Made by a program: the position numbers and the translations under genes. DNA of 64,000 bases, from assembly GCA_964016885.1 (NCBI GenBank), contig OZ024743.1, positions 336,226,001-336,290,000 of the forward strand, written 5' to 3'. Numbering within the stretch: position 1 is the stretch's first letter; each line of letters starts with the position of its first letter. Origin of the DNA: Eledone cirrhosa (lineage: Eukaryota). This document shows positions 31,901-43,900 of this stretch, piece after piece. A model generated the notes under the pieces. That model was not told the origin of the DNA, did not search any database, and worked only from the letters and a program-made list of their open reading frames with translations.

Positions 31901-34900
31901 CCCTCTTTCTCTCTGTCTCTATCTTCCAGTCTGTCTCCTTAACTCTTTCTCTCTGTCTCTATCTTCCAGTCTGCCTCCTTCCCTCTTTCTCTCTATCTCT
32001 ATCTTCCAGTCTGTCTCCTTCCCTCTTTCTCTCTGTCTCTATCTTCCAGTCTGACTCCTTCCCTCTTTCTCTCTGTCTCTATCATCCAGTCTGTCTCCTT
32101 CTCTCTTTCTCTCTGTCTCTATCTTCCAGTCTGTCTCCTTCCCTCTTTCTCTCTGTCTCTATCTTCCAGTCTGTCTCCTTCTCTCTTTCTCTCTCTCTCT
32201 ATCTTCCAGTCTGTCTCCTTCCCTCTTTCTCTCTGTCTCTATCTTCCAGTCTGTCTTCTTAACTCTTTCTCTCTGTCTCTATCTTCCAGTCTGCCTCCTT
32301 CCCTCTTTCTCTCTATCTCTATCTTCCAGTCTGTCTCCTTCCCTCTTTCTCTCTATCTCTATCTTCCAGTCTGTCTCCTTCCCTCTTTCTCTCTGTCTCT
32401 ATCTTCCAGTCTGTCTCCTTAACTCTTTCTCTCTGTCTCTATCTTCCAGTCTGCCTCCTTCCCTCTTTCTCTCTATCTCTATCTTCCAGTCTGTCTCCTT
32501 CCCTCTTTCTCTCTGTCTCTATCTTCCAGTCTGTCTCCTTAACTCTTTCTCTCTGTCTCTATCTTCCAGTCTGCCTCCTTCCCTCTTTCTCTCTATCTCT
32601 ATCTTCCAGTCTGTCTCCTTCCCTCTTTCTCTCTGTCTCTATCTTCCAGTCTGTCTCCTTCCCTCTTTCTCTCTGTCTCTATCTTCCAGTCTGTCTCCTT
32701 CTCTCTTTCTCTCTGTCTCTATCTTCCAGTCTGTCTCCTTCTCTCTTTCTCTCTCTCTCTATCTTCCAGTCTGTCTCCTTCCATCTTTCTCTCTGTCTCT
32801 ATCTTCCAGTCTGTCTCCTTACCTCTTCCTCTCTGTCTCTATCTTCCAGTCTGCCTCCTTCCCTCTTTCTCTCTGTCTCTATCTTCCAGTCTGTCTCCTT
32901 CCCTCTTTCTCTCTGTCTCTATCTTCCAGTCTGTCTCCTTCTCTCTTTCTCTATGTCTCTATCTTCCAGTCTGTCTACTTCCCTCTTTCTCTTTGTCTCT
33001 ATCTTCCAGTCTGCCTCCTTCCCTCTTTCTCTCTGTCTCTATCTTCCAGTCTGTCTCCTTCCCTCTTTCTCTTTGTCTCTATCTTCCAGTCTGTCTCCTT
33101 CCCTCTTTCTCTTTGTCTCTATCTTCCAGTCTGTCTCCTTCCCTCTTTCTCTCTGTCTCTATCTTCCAGTCTGTCTCCTTCCATCTTTCTCTCTGTCTCT
33201 ATCTTCCAGTCTGCCTCCTTCCCTCTTTCTCTCTGTCTCTATCTTCCAGTCTGTCTCCTTCCCTCTTTCTCTCTATCTCTATCTTCCAGTCTGCCTCCTT
33301 CTCTCTTTCTCTCTGTCTCTGTCTTCCAGTCTGTTTCCTTCTCTCTTTCTCTCTGTCTCTATCTTCCAGTCTGTCTCCTTCCCTCTTTATCTCTGTCTCT
33401 ATCTTCCAGTCTGTCTCCTTCTCTCTTTCTCTCTCTCTCTATCTTCCAGTCTGTCTCCTTCCCTCTTTCTCTCTGTCTCTATCTTCCAGTCTGTCTCCTT
33501 AACTCTTTCTCTCTGTCTCTATCTTCCAGTCTGCCTCCTTCCCTCTTTCTCTCTATCTCTATCTTCCAGTCTGTCTCCTTCCCTCTTTCTCTCTGTCTCT
33601 ATCTTCCAGTCTGTCTCCTTCCCTCTTTCTCTTTGTCTCTATCTTCCAGACTGCATCCTTCCCTCTTTCTCTCTGTCTCTATCTTCCAGTCTGTCTCCTT
33701 CCCTCTTTCTCTCTGTCTCTATCTTCCAGTCTGCCTCCTTCCCTCTTTCTCTCTGTCTCTATCTTCCAGTCTGTCTCCTTCCCTCTTTCTCTCTATCTCT
33801 ATCTTCCAGTCTGCCTCCTTCTCTCTTTCTCTCTGTCTCTGTCTTCCAGTCTGTTTCCTTCCCTCTTTCTCTCTGTCTCTATCTTCCAGTCTGTCTCCTT
33901 CTCTCTTTTTCTCAGTCTCTATCTTCCAGTCTGTCTCCTTCCCTCTTTCTCTCTGTCTCTATCTTCCAGTCTGTCTCCTCCTCTCTTTCTCTATGTCTCT
34001 ATCTTCCAGTCTGTCTCCTTCTCTCTTTCTCTCTGTCTCTATCTTCCAGTCTGTCTCCTTCTCTCTTTCTCTCTGTCTCTATCTTCCAGTCTGTCTCCTT
34101 CCCTCTTTCTCTCTGTCTCTATCTTCCAGTCTGTCTCCTTCTCTCTTTCTCTCTGTCTCTATCTTCCTGTCTGTCTCCTGCCCTCTTTCTCTCTCTCTCT
34201 ATCTCTAGTTTGTCTCCTTCCCTCTTTCTCTCTGTCTCTATCTTCCAGTCTGTCTCCTTCCCTCTTTCTCTCTGCCTCTATCTTCCAGTCTGCTTCCTTC
34301 CCTCTTTCTCTCTGCCTCTATCTTCCAGTCTGCTTCCTTCCCTCTTTCTCTCTGTCTCTATCTTCCAGTCTGTCTCCTTTCCTCTTTCTCTATGTCTCTA
34401 TCTTCCAGTATGTCTCCTTCTCTCTTTCTCTCTGTCTCTATCTTCCAGTCTGTCTCCTTCCCTCTTTCTGTCTGTCTCTATCTTCCAGTCTGTCTCCTTC
34501 TCTCTTTCTCTCTGTCTCTATCTTTCAGTCTGTCTCCTTCCCTCTTTCTCTCTGTCTCTATCTTCCAGTCTGTCTCCTTCCCTCTTTCTCTCTGTCTCTA
34601 TCTTCCAGTCTGTCTCCTTCCCTCTTTCTCTCTGTCTCTATCTTCCAGTCTGTCTCCTTCCCTCTTTCTCTCTGTCTCTATCTTCCAGTCTGTCTCCTTC
34701 CCTCTTTCTCTCTGTCTCTATCTTCCAGTCTGTCTCCTTCTCTCTTTCTCTCTGTCTCTATCTTCCAGTCTGTCTCCTTCCCTCTTTATCTCTGTCTCTA
34801 TCTTCCAGTCTGTCTCCTTCTCTCTTTCTCTCTCTCTCTATCTTCCAGTCTGTCTCCTTCCCTCTTTCTCTCTGTCTCTATCTTCCAGTCTGTCTCCTTA

Positions 34901-37900
34901 ACTCTTTCTCTCTGTCTCTATCTTCCAGTCTGCCTCCTTCCCTCTTTCTCTCTATCTCTATCTTCCAGTCTGTCTCCTTCCCTCTTTCTCTCTGTCTCTA
35001 TCTTCCAGTCTGTCTCCTTCCCTCTTTCTCTTTGTCTCTATCTTCCAGACTGCATCCTTCCCTCTTTCTCTCTGTCTCTATCTTCCAGTCTGTCTCCTTC
35101 CCTCTTTCTCTCTGTCTCTATCTTCCAGTCTGCCTCCTTCCCTCTTTCTCTCTGTCTCTATCTTCCAGTCTGTCTCCTTCCCTCTTTCTCTCTATCTCTA
35201 TCTTCCAGTCTGCCTCCTTCTCTCTTTCTCTCTGTCTCTGTCTTCCAGTCTGTTTCCTTCCCTCTTTCTCTCTGTCTCTATCTTCCAGTCTGTCTCCTTC
35301 TCTCTTTCTCTCTGTCTCTATCTTCCAGTCTGTCTCCTTCCCTCTTTATCTCTGTCTCTATCTTCCAGTCTGTCTCCTTCTCTCTTTCTCTCTCTCTCTA
35401 TCTTCCAGTCTGTCTCCTTCCCTCTTTCTCTCTGTCTCTATCTTCCAGTCTGTCTCCTTAACTCTTTCTCTCTGTCTCTATCTTCCAGTCTGCCTCCTTC
35501 CCTCTTTCTCTCTATCTCTATCTTCCAGTCTGTCTCCTTCCCTCTTTCTCTCTGTCTCTATCTTCCAGTCTGTCTCCTTCCCTCTTTCTCTCTGTCTCTA
35601 TCTTCCAGTCTGCCTCCTTCCCTCTTTCTCTCTGTCTCTATCTTCCAGTCTGTCTCCTTCCCTCTTTCTCTCTATCTCTATCTTCCAGTCTGCCTCCTTC
35701 TCTCTTTCTCTCTGTCTCTGTCTTCCAGTCTGTTTCCTTCCCTCTTTCTCTCTGTCTCTATCTTCCAGTCTGTCTCCTTCTCTCTTTTTCTCAGTCTCTA
35801 TCTTCCAGTCTGTCTCCTTCCCTCTTTCTCTCTGTCTCTATCTTCCAGTCTGTCTCCTCCTCTCTTTCTCTATGTCTCTATCTTCCAGTCTGTCTCCTTC
35901 TCTCTTTCTCTCTGTCTCTATCTTCCAGTCTGTCTCCTTCTCTCTTTCTCTCTGTCTCTATCTTCCAGTCTGTCTCCTTCCCTCTTTCTCTCTGTCTCTA
36001 TCTTCCAGTCTGTCTCCTTCTCTCTTTCTCTCTGTCTCTATCTTCCTGTCTGTCTCCTGCCCTCTTTCTCTCTCTCTCTATCTCTAGTTTGTCTCCTTCC
36101 CTCTTTCTCTCTGTCTCTATCTTCCAGTCTGTCTCCTTCCCTCTTTCTCTCTGCCTCTATCTTCCAGTCTGCTTCCTTCCCTCTTTCTCTCTGCCTCTAT
36201 CTTCCAGTCTGCTTCCTTCCCTCTTTCTCTCTGTCTCTATCTTCCAGTCTGTCTCCTTTCCTCTTTCTCTATGTCTCTATCTTCCAGTATGTCTCCTTCT
36301 CTCTTTCTCTCTGTCTCTATCTTCCAGTCTGTCTCCTTCCCTCTTTCTGTCTGTCTCTATCTTCCAGTCTGTCTCCTTCTCTCTTTCTCTCTGTCTCTAT
36401 CTTTCAGTCTGTCTCCTTCCCTCTTTCTCTCTGTCTCTATCTTCCAGTCTGTCTCCTTCCCTCTTTCTCTCTGTCTCTATCTTCCAGTCTGTCTCCTTCC
36501 CTCTTTCTCTCTGTCTCTATCTTCCAGTCTGTCTCCTTCCCTCTTTCTCTCTGTCTCTATCTTCCAGTCTGTCTCCTTCCCTCTTTCTCTCTGTCTCTAT
36601 CTTCCAGTCTGTCTCCTTCTCTCTTTCTCTCTGTCTCTATCTTCCAGTCTGTCTCCTTCCCTCTTTATCTCTGTCTCTATCTTCCAGTCTGTCTCCTTCT
36701 CTCTTTCTCTCTCTCTCTATCTTCCAGTCTGTCTCCTTCCCTCTTTCTCTCTGTCTCTATCTTCCAGTCTGTCTCCTTAACTCTTTCTCTCTGTCTCTAT
36801 CTTCCAGTCTGCCTCCTTCCCTCTTTCTCTCTATCTCTATCTTCCAGTCTGTCTCCTTCCCTCTTTCTCTCTGTCTCTATCTTCCAGTCTGTCTCCTTCC
36901 CTCTTTCTCTTTGTCTCTATCTTCCAGACTGCATCCTTCCCTCTTTCTCTCTGTCTCTATCTTCCAGTCTGTCTCCTTCCCTCTTTCTCTCTGTCTCTAT
37001 CTTCCAGTCTGCCTCCTTCCCTCTTTCTCTCTGTCTCTATCTTCCAGTCTGTCTCCTTCCCTCTTTCTCTCTATCTCTATCTTCCAGTCTGCCTCCTTCT
37101 CTCTTTCTCTCTGTCTCTGTCTTCCAGTCTGTTTCCTTCCCTCTTTCTCTCTGTCTCTATCTTCCAGTCTGTCTCCTTCTCTCTTTTTCTCAGTCTCTAT
37201 CTTCCAGTCTGTCTCCTTCCCTCTTTCTCTCTGTCTCTATCTTCCAGTCTGTCTCCTCCTCTCTTTCTCTATGTCTCTATCTTCCAGTCTGTCTCCTTCT
37301 CTCTTTCTCTCTGTCTCTATCTTCCAGTCTGTCTCCTTCTCTCTTTCTCTCTGTCTCTATCTTCCAGTCTGTCTCCTTCCCTCTTTCTCTCTGTCTCTAT
37401 CTTCCAGTCTGTCTCCTTCTCTCTTTCTCTCTGTCTCTATCTTCCTGTCTGTCTCCTGCCCTCTTTCTCTCTCTCTCTATCTCTAGTTTGTCTCCTTCCC
37501 TCTTTCTCTCTGTCTCTATCTTCCAGTCTGTCTCCTTCCCTCTTTCTCTCTGCCTCTATCTTCCAGTCTGCTTCCTTCCCTCTTTCTCTCTGCCTCTATC
37601 TTCCAGTCTGCTTCCTTCCCTCTTTCTCTCTGTCTCTATCTTCCAGTCTGTCTCCTTTCCTCTTTCTCTATGTCTCTATCTTCCAGTATGTCTCCTTCTC
37701 TCTTTCTCTCTGTCTCTATCTTCCAGTCTGTCTCCTTCCCTCTTTCTGTCTGTCTCTATCTTCCAGTCTGTCTCCTTCTCTCTTTCTCTCTGTCTCTATC
37801 TTTCAGTCTGTCTCCTTCCCTCTTTCTCTCTGTCTCTATCTTCCAGTCTGTCTCCTTCCCTCTTTCTCTCTGTCTCTATCTTCCAGTCTGTCTCCTTCCC

Positions 37901-40900
37901 TCTTTCTCTCTGTCTCTATCTTCCAGTCTGTCTCCTTCCCTCTTTCTCTCTGTCTCTATCTTCCAGTCTGTCTCCTTCCCTCTTTCTCTCTGTCTCTATC
38001 TTCCAGTCTGTCTCCTTCTCTCTTTCTCTCTGTCTCTATCTTCCAGTCTGTCTCCTTCCCTCTTTATCTCTGTCTCTATCTTCCAGTCTGTCTCCTTCTC
38101 TCTTTCTCTCTCTCTCTATCTTCCAGTCTGTCTCCTTCCCTCTTTCTCTCTGTCTCTATCTTCCAGTCTGTCTCCTTAACTCTTTCTCTCTGTCTCTATC
38201 TTCCAGTCTGCCTCCTTCCCTCTTTCTCTCTATCTCTATCTTCCAGTCTGTCTCCTTCCCTCTTTCTCTCTGTCTCTATCTTCCAGTCTGACTCCTTCCC
38301 TCTTTCTCTCTGTCTCTATCATCCAGTCTGTCTCCTTCTCTCTTTCTCTCTGTCTCTATCTTCCAGTCTGTCTCCTTCCCTCTTTCTCTCTGTCTCTATC
38401 TTCCAGTCTGTCTCCTTCTCTCTTTCTCTCTCTCTCTATCTTCCAGTCTGTCTCCTTCCCTCTTTCTCTCTGTCTCTATCTTCCAGTCTGTCTTCTTAAC
38501 TCTTTCTCTCTGTCTCTATCTTCCAGTCTGCCTCCTTCCCTCTTTCTCTCTATCTCTATCTTCCAGTCTGTCTCCTTCCCTCTTTCTCTCTGTCTCTATC
38601 TTCCAGTCTGTCTCCTTCCCTCTTTCTCTCTATCTCTATCTTCCAGTCTGTCTCCTTCCCTCTTTCTCTCTGTCTCTATCTTCCAGTCTGTCTCCTTAAC
38701 TCTTTCTCTCTGTCTCTATCTTCCAGTCTGCCTCCTTCCCTCTTTCTCTCTATCTCTATCTTCCAGTCTGTCTCCTTCCCTCTTTCTCTCTGTCTCTATC
38801 TTCCAGTCTGTCTCCTTCCCTCTTTCTCTCTGTCTCTATCTTCCAGTCTGTCTCCTTCTCTCTTTCTCTCTGTCTCTATCTTCCAGTCTGTCTCCTTCTC
38901 TCTTTCTCTCTCTCTCTATCTTCCAGTCTGTCTCCTTCCATCTTTCTCTCTGTCTCTATCTTCCAGTCTGTCTCCTTACCTCTTCCTCTCTGTCTCTATC
39001 TTCCAGTCTGCCTCCTTCCCTCTTTCTCTCTGTCTCTATCTTCCAGTCTGTCTCCTTCCCTCTTTCTCTCTGTCTCTATCTTCCAGTCTGTCTCCTTCTC
39101 TCTTTCTCTATGTCTCTATCTTCCAGTCTGTCTACTTCCCTCTTTCTCTTTGTCTCTATCTTCCAGTCTGCCTCCTTCCCTCTTTCTCTCTGTCTCTATC
39201 TTCCAGTCTGTCTCCTTCCCTCTTTCTCTTTGTCTCTATCTTCCAGTCTGTCTCCTTCCCTCTTTCTCTTTGTCTCTATCTTCCAGTCTGTCTCCTTCCC
39301 TCTTTCTCTCTGTCTCTATCTTCCAGTCTGTCTCCTTCCATCTTTCTCTCTGTCTCTATCTTCCAGTCTGCCTCCTTCCCTCTTTCTCTCTGTCTCTATC
39401 TTCCAGTCTGTCTCCTTCCCTCTTTCTCTCTATCTCTATCTTCCAGTCTGCCTCCTTCTCTCTTTCTCTCTGTCTCTGTCTTCCAGTCTGTTTCCTTCCC
39501 TCTTTCTCTCTGTCTCTATCTTCCAGTCTGTCTCCTTCCCTCTTTCTCTCTGTCTCTATCTTCCAGTCTGTCTCCTCCTCTCTTTCTCTATGTCTCTATC
39601 TTCCAGTCTGTCTCCTTCTCTCTTTCTCTCTGTCTCTATTTTCCAGTCTGTCTCCTTCTCTCTTTCTCTCTGTCTCTATCTTCCAGTCTGTCTCCTTCCC
39701 TCTTTCTCTCTGTCTCTATCTTCCAGTCTGTCTCCTTCTCTCTTTCTCTCTGTCTCTATCTTCCTGTCTGTCTCCTGCCCTCTTTCTCTCTCTCTCTATC
39801 TCTAGTTTGTCTCCTTCCCTCTTTCTCTCTGTCTCTATCTTCCAGTCTGTCTCCTTCCCTCTTTCTCTCTGCCTCTATCTTCCAGTCTGCTTCCTTCCCT
39901 CTTTCTCTCTGCCTCTATCTTCCAGTCTGCTTCCTTCCCTCTTTCTCTCTGTCTCTATCTTCCAGTCTGTCTCCTTCCCTCTTTCTCTATGTCTCTATCT
40001 TCCAGTCTGTCTCCTTCTCTCTTTCTCTCTGTCTCTATCTTCCAGTCTGTCTCCTTCCCTCTTTCTGTCTGTCTCTATCTCCCAGTCCGTCTCCTTCTCT
40101 CTTTCTCTCTGTCTCTATCTTTCAGTCTGTCTCCTTAACTCTTTCTCTCTGTCTCTATCTTCCAGTCTGCCTCCTTCCCTCTTTCTCTCTATCTCTATCT
40201 TCCAGTCTGTCTCCTTCCCTCTTTCTCTCTGTCTCTATCTTCCAGTCTAACTCCTTCCCTCTTTCTCTCTGTCTCTATCATCCAGTCTGTCTCCTTCTCT
40301 CTTTCTCTCTGTCTCTATCTTCCAGTCTGTCTCCTTCCCTCTTTCTCTCTGTCTCTATCTTCCAGTCTGTCTCCTTCTCTCTTTCTCTCTCTCTCTATCT
40401 TCCAGTCTGTCTCCTTCCCTCTTTCTCTCTGTCTCTATCTTCCAGTCTGTCTTCTTAACTCTTTCTCTCTGTCTCTATCTTCCAGTCTGCCTCCTTCCCT
40501 CTTTCTCTCTATCTCTATCTTCCAGTCTGTCTCCTTCCCTCTTTCTCTCTGTCTCTATCTTCCAGTCTGTCTCCTTCCCTCTTTCTCTCTATCTCTATCT
40601 TCCAGTCTGGCTCCTTCCCTCTTCCTCTCTGTCTCTATCTTCGAGTCTGTCTCCTTCCCTCTTTCTCTCTGTCTCTATCTTCCAGTCTGTCTCCTTAACT
40701 CTTTCTCTCTGTCTCTATCTTCCAGTCTGCCTCCTTCCCTCTTTCTCTCTATCTCTATCTTCCAGTCTGTCTCCTTCCCTCTTTCTCTCTGTCTCTATCT
40801 TCCAGTCTGACTCCTTCCCTCTTTCTCTCTATCTCTATCTTCCAGTCTGGCTCCTTCCCTCTTTCTCTCTGTCTCTATCTTCCAGTCTGCCTCCTTCCCT

Positions 40901-43900
40901 CTTTCTCTCTGTCTCTATCTTCCAGTCTGTCTCCTTCCCTCTTTCTCTCTATCTCTATCTTCCAGTCTGCCTCCTTCTCTCTTTCTCTCTGTCTCTGTCT
41001 TCCAGTCTGTTTCCTTCCCTCTTTCTCTCTGTCTCTATCTTCCAGTCTGTCTCCTTCTCTCTTTTTCTCAGTCTCTATCTTCCAGTCTGTCTCCTTCCCT
41101 CTTTCTCTCTGTCTCTATCTTCCAGTCTGTCTCCTCCTCTCTTTCTCTATGTCTCTATCTTCCAGTCTGTCTCCTTCTCTCTTTCTCTCTGTCTCTATCT
41201 TCCAGTCTGTCTCCTTCTCTCTTTCTCTCTGTCTCTATCTTCCAGTCTGTCTCCTTCCCTCTTTCTCTCTGTCTCTATCTTCCAGTCTGTCTCCTTCTCT
41301 CTTTCTCTCTGTCTCTATCTTCCTGTCTGTCTCCTGCCCTCTTTCTCTCTCTCTCTATCTCTAGTTTGTCTCCTTCCCTCTTTCTCTCTGTCTCTATCTT
41401 CCAGTCTGTCTCCTTCCCTCTTTCTCTCTGCTTCTATCTTCCAGTCTGCTTCCTTCCCTCTTTCTCTCTGCCTCTATCTTCCAGTCTGCTTCCTTCCCTC
41501 TTTCTCTCTGTCTCTATCTTCCAGTCTGTCTCCTTTCCTCTTTCTCTATGTCTCTATCTTCCAGTATGTCTCCTTCTCTCTTTCTCTCTGTCTCTATCTT
41601 CCAGTCTGTCTCCTTCCCTCTTTCTGTCTGTCTCTATCTTCCAGTCTGTCTCCTTCTCTCTTTCTCTCTGTCTCTATCTTTCAGTCTGTCTCCTTCCCTC
41701 TTTCTCTCTGTCTCTATCTTCCAGTCTGTCTCCTTCCCTCTTTCTCTCTGTCTCTATCTTCCAGTCTGTCTCCTTCCCTCTTTCTCTCTGTCTCTATCTT
41801 CCAGTCTGTCTCCTTCCCTCTTTCTCTCTGTCTCTATCTTCCAGTCTGTCTCCTTCCCTCTTTCTCTCTGTCTCTATCTTCCAGTCTGTCTCCTTCTCTC
41901 TTTCTCTCTGTCTCTATCTTCCAGTCTGTCTCCTTCCCTCTTTATCTCTGTCTCTATCTTCCAGTCTGTCTCCTTCTCTCTTTCTCTCTCTCTCTATCTT
42001 CCAGTCTGTCTCCTTCCCTCTTTCTCTCTGTCTCTGTCTCTATCTTCCAGTCTGTCTCCTTAACTCTTTCTCTCTGTCTCTATCTTCCAGTCTGCCTCCT
42101 TCCCTCTTTCTCTCTATCTCTATCTTCCAGTCTGTCTCCTTCCTTCTTTCTCTCTGTCTCTATCTTCCAGTCTGACTCCTTCCCTCTTTCTCTCTGTCTC
42201 TATCATCCAGTCTGTCTCCTTCTCTCTTTCTCTCTGTCTCTATCTTCCAGTCTGTCTCCTTCCCTCTTTCTCTCTGTCTCTATCTTCCAGTCTGTCTCCT
42301 TCTCTCTTTCTCTCTCTCTCTATCTTCCAGTCTGTCTCCTTCCCTCTTTCTCTCTGTCTCTATCTTCCAGTCTGTCTTCTTAACTCTTTCTCTCTGTCTC
42401 TATCTTCCAGTCTGCCTCCTTCCCTCTTTCTCTCTATCTCTATCTTCCAGTCTGTCTCCTTCCCTCTTTCTCTCTGTCTCTATCTTCCAGTCTGTCTCCT
42501 TCCCTCTTTCTCTCTATCTCTATCTTCCAGTCTGGCTCCTTCCCTCTTTCTCTCTGTCTCTATCTTCCAGTCTGTCTCCTTCCCTCTTTCTCTCTGTCTC
42601 TATCTTCCAGTCTGTCTCCTTAACTCTTTCTCTCTGTCTCTATCTTCCAGTCTGCCTCCTTCCCTCTTTCTCTCTATCTCTATCTTCCAGTCTGTCTCCT
42701 TCCCTCTTTCTCTCTGTCTCTATCTTCCAGTCTGTCTCCTTCCCTCTTTCTCTCTATCTCTATCTTCCAGTCTGGCTCCTTCCCTCTTTCTCTCTGTCTC
42801 TATCTTCCAGTCTGTCTCCTTCCCTCTTTCTCTCTGTCTCTATCTTCCAGTTTGTCTCCTTCCCTCTTTCTCTCTGTCTCTATCTTCCAGTCTGTCTCCT
42901 TCCCACTTTCTCTCTGTCTCTATCTTCCAGTCTGTCTCCTTCCCTCTTTCTCTCTGTCTCTATCTTCCAGTCTGTCTCCTTCTCTCTTTCTCTCTGTCTC
43001 TATCTTCCAGTCTGTCTCCTTCTCTCTTTCTCTCTCTCTCTATCTTCCAGTCTGTCTCCTTCCATCTTTCTCTCTGTCTCTATCTTCCAGTCTGTCTCCT
43101 TACCTCTTCCTCTCTGTCTCTATCTTCCAGTCTGCCTCCTTCCCTCTTTCTCTCTGTCTCTATCTTCCAGTCCGTCTCCTTCCCTCTTTCTCTCTGTCTC
43201 TATCTTCCAGTCTGTCTCCTTCTCTCTTTCTCTATGTCTCTATCTTCCAGTCTGTCTACTTCCCTCTTTCTCTTTGTCTCTATCTTCCAGTCTGCCTCCT
43301 TCCCTCTTTCTCTCTGTCTCTATCTTCCAGTCTGTCTCCTTCCCTCTTTCTCTTTGTCTCTATCTTCCAGTCTGTCTCCTTCCCTCTTTCTCTTTGTCTC
43401 TATCTTCCAGTCTGTCTCCTTCCCTCTTTCTCTCTGTCTCTATCTTCCAGTCTGTCTCCTTCCATCTTTCTCTCTGTCTCTATCTTCCAGTCTGCCTCCT
43501 TCCCTCTTTCTCTCTGTCTCTATCTTCCAGTCTGTCTCCTTCCCTCTTTCTCTCTATCTCTATCTTCCAGTCTGCCTCCTTCTCTCTTTCTCTCTGTCTC
43601 TGTCTTCCAGTCTGTTTCCTTCCCTCTTTCTCTCTGTCTCTATCTTCCAGTCTGTCTCCTTCCCTCTTTCTCTCTGTCTCTATCTTCCAGTCTGTCTCCT
43701 CCTCTCTTTCTCTATGTCTCTATCTTCCAGTCTGTCTCCTTCTCTCTTTCTCTCTGTCTCTATTTTCCAGTCTGTCTCCTTCTCTCTTTCTCTCTGTCTC
43801 TATCTTCCAGTCTGTCTCCTTCCCTCTTTCTCTCTGTCTCTATCTTCCAGTCTGTCTCCTTCTCTCTTTCTCTCTGTCTCTATCTTCCTGTCTGTCTCCT

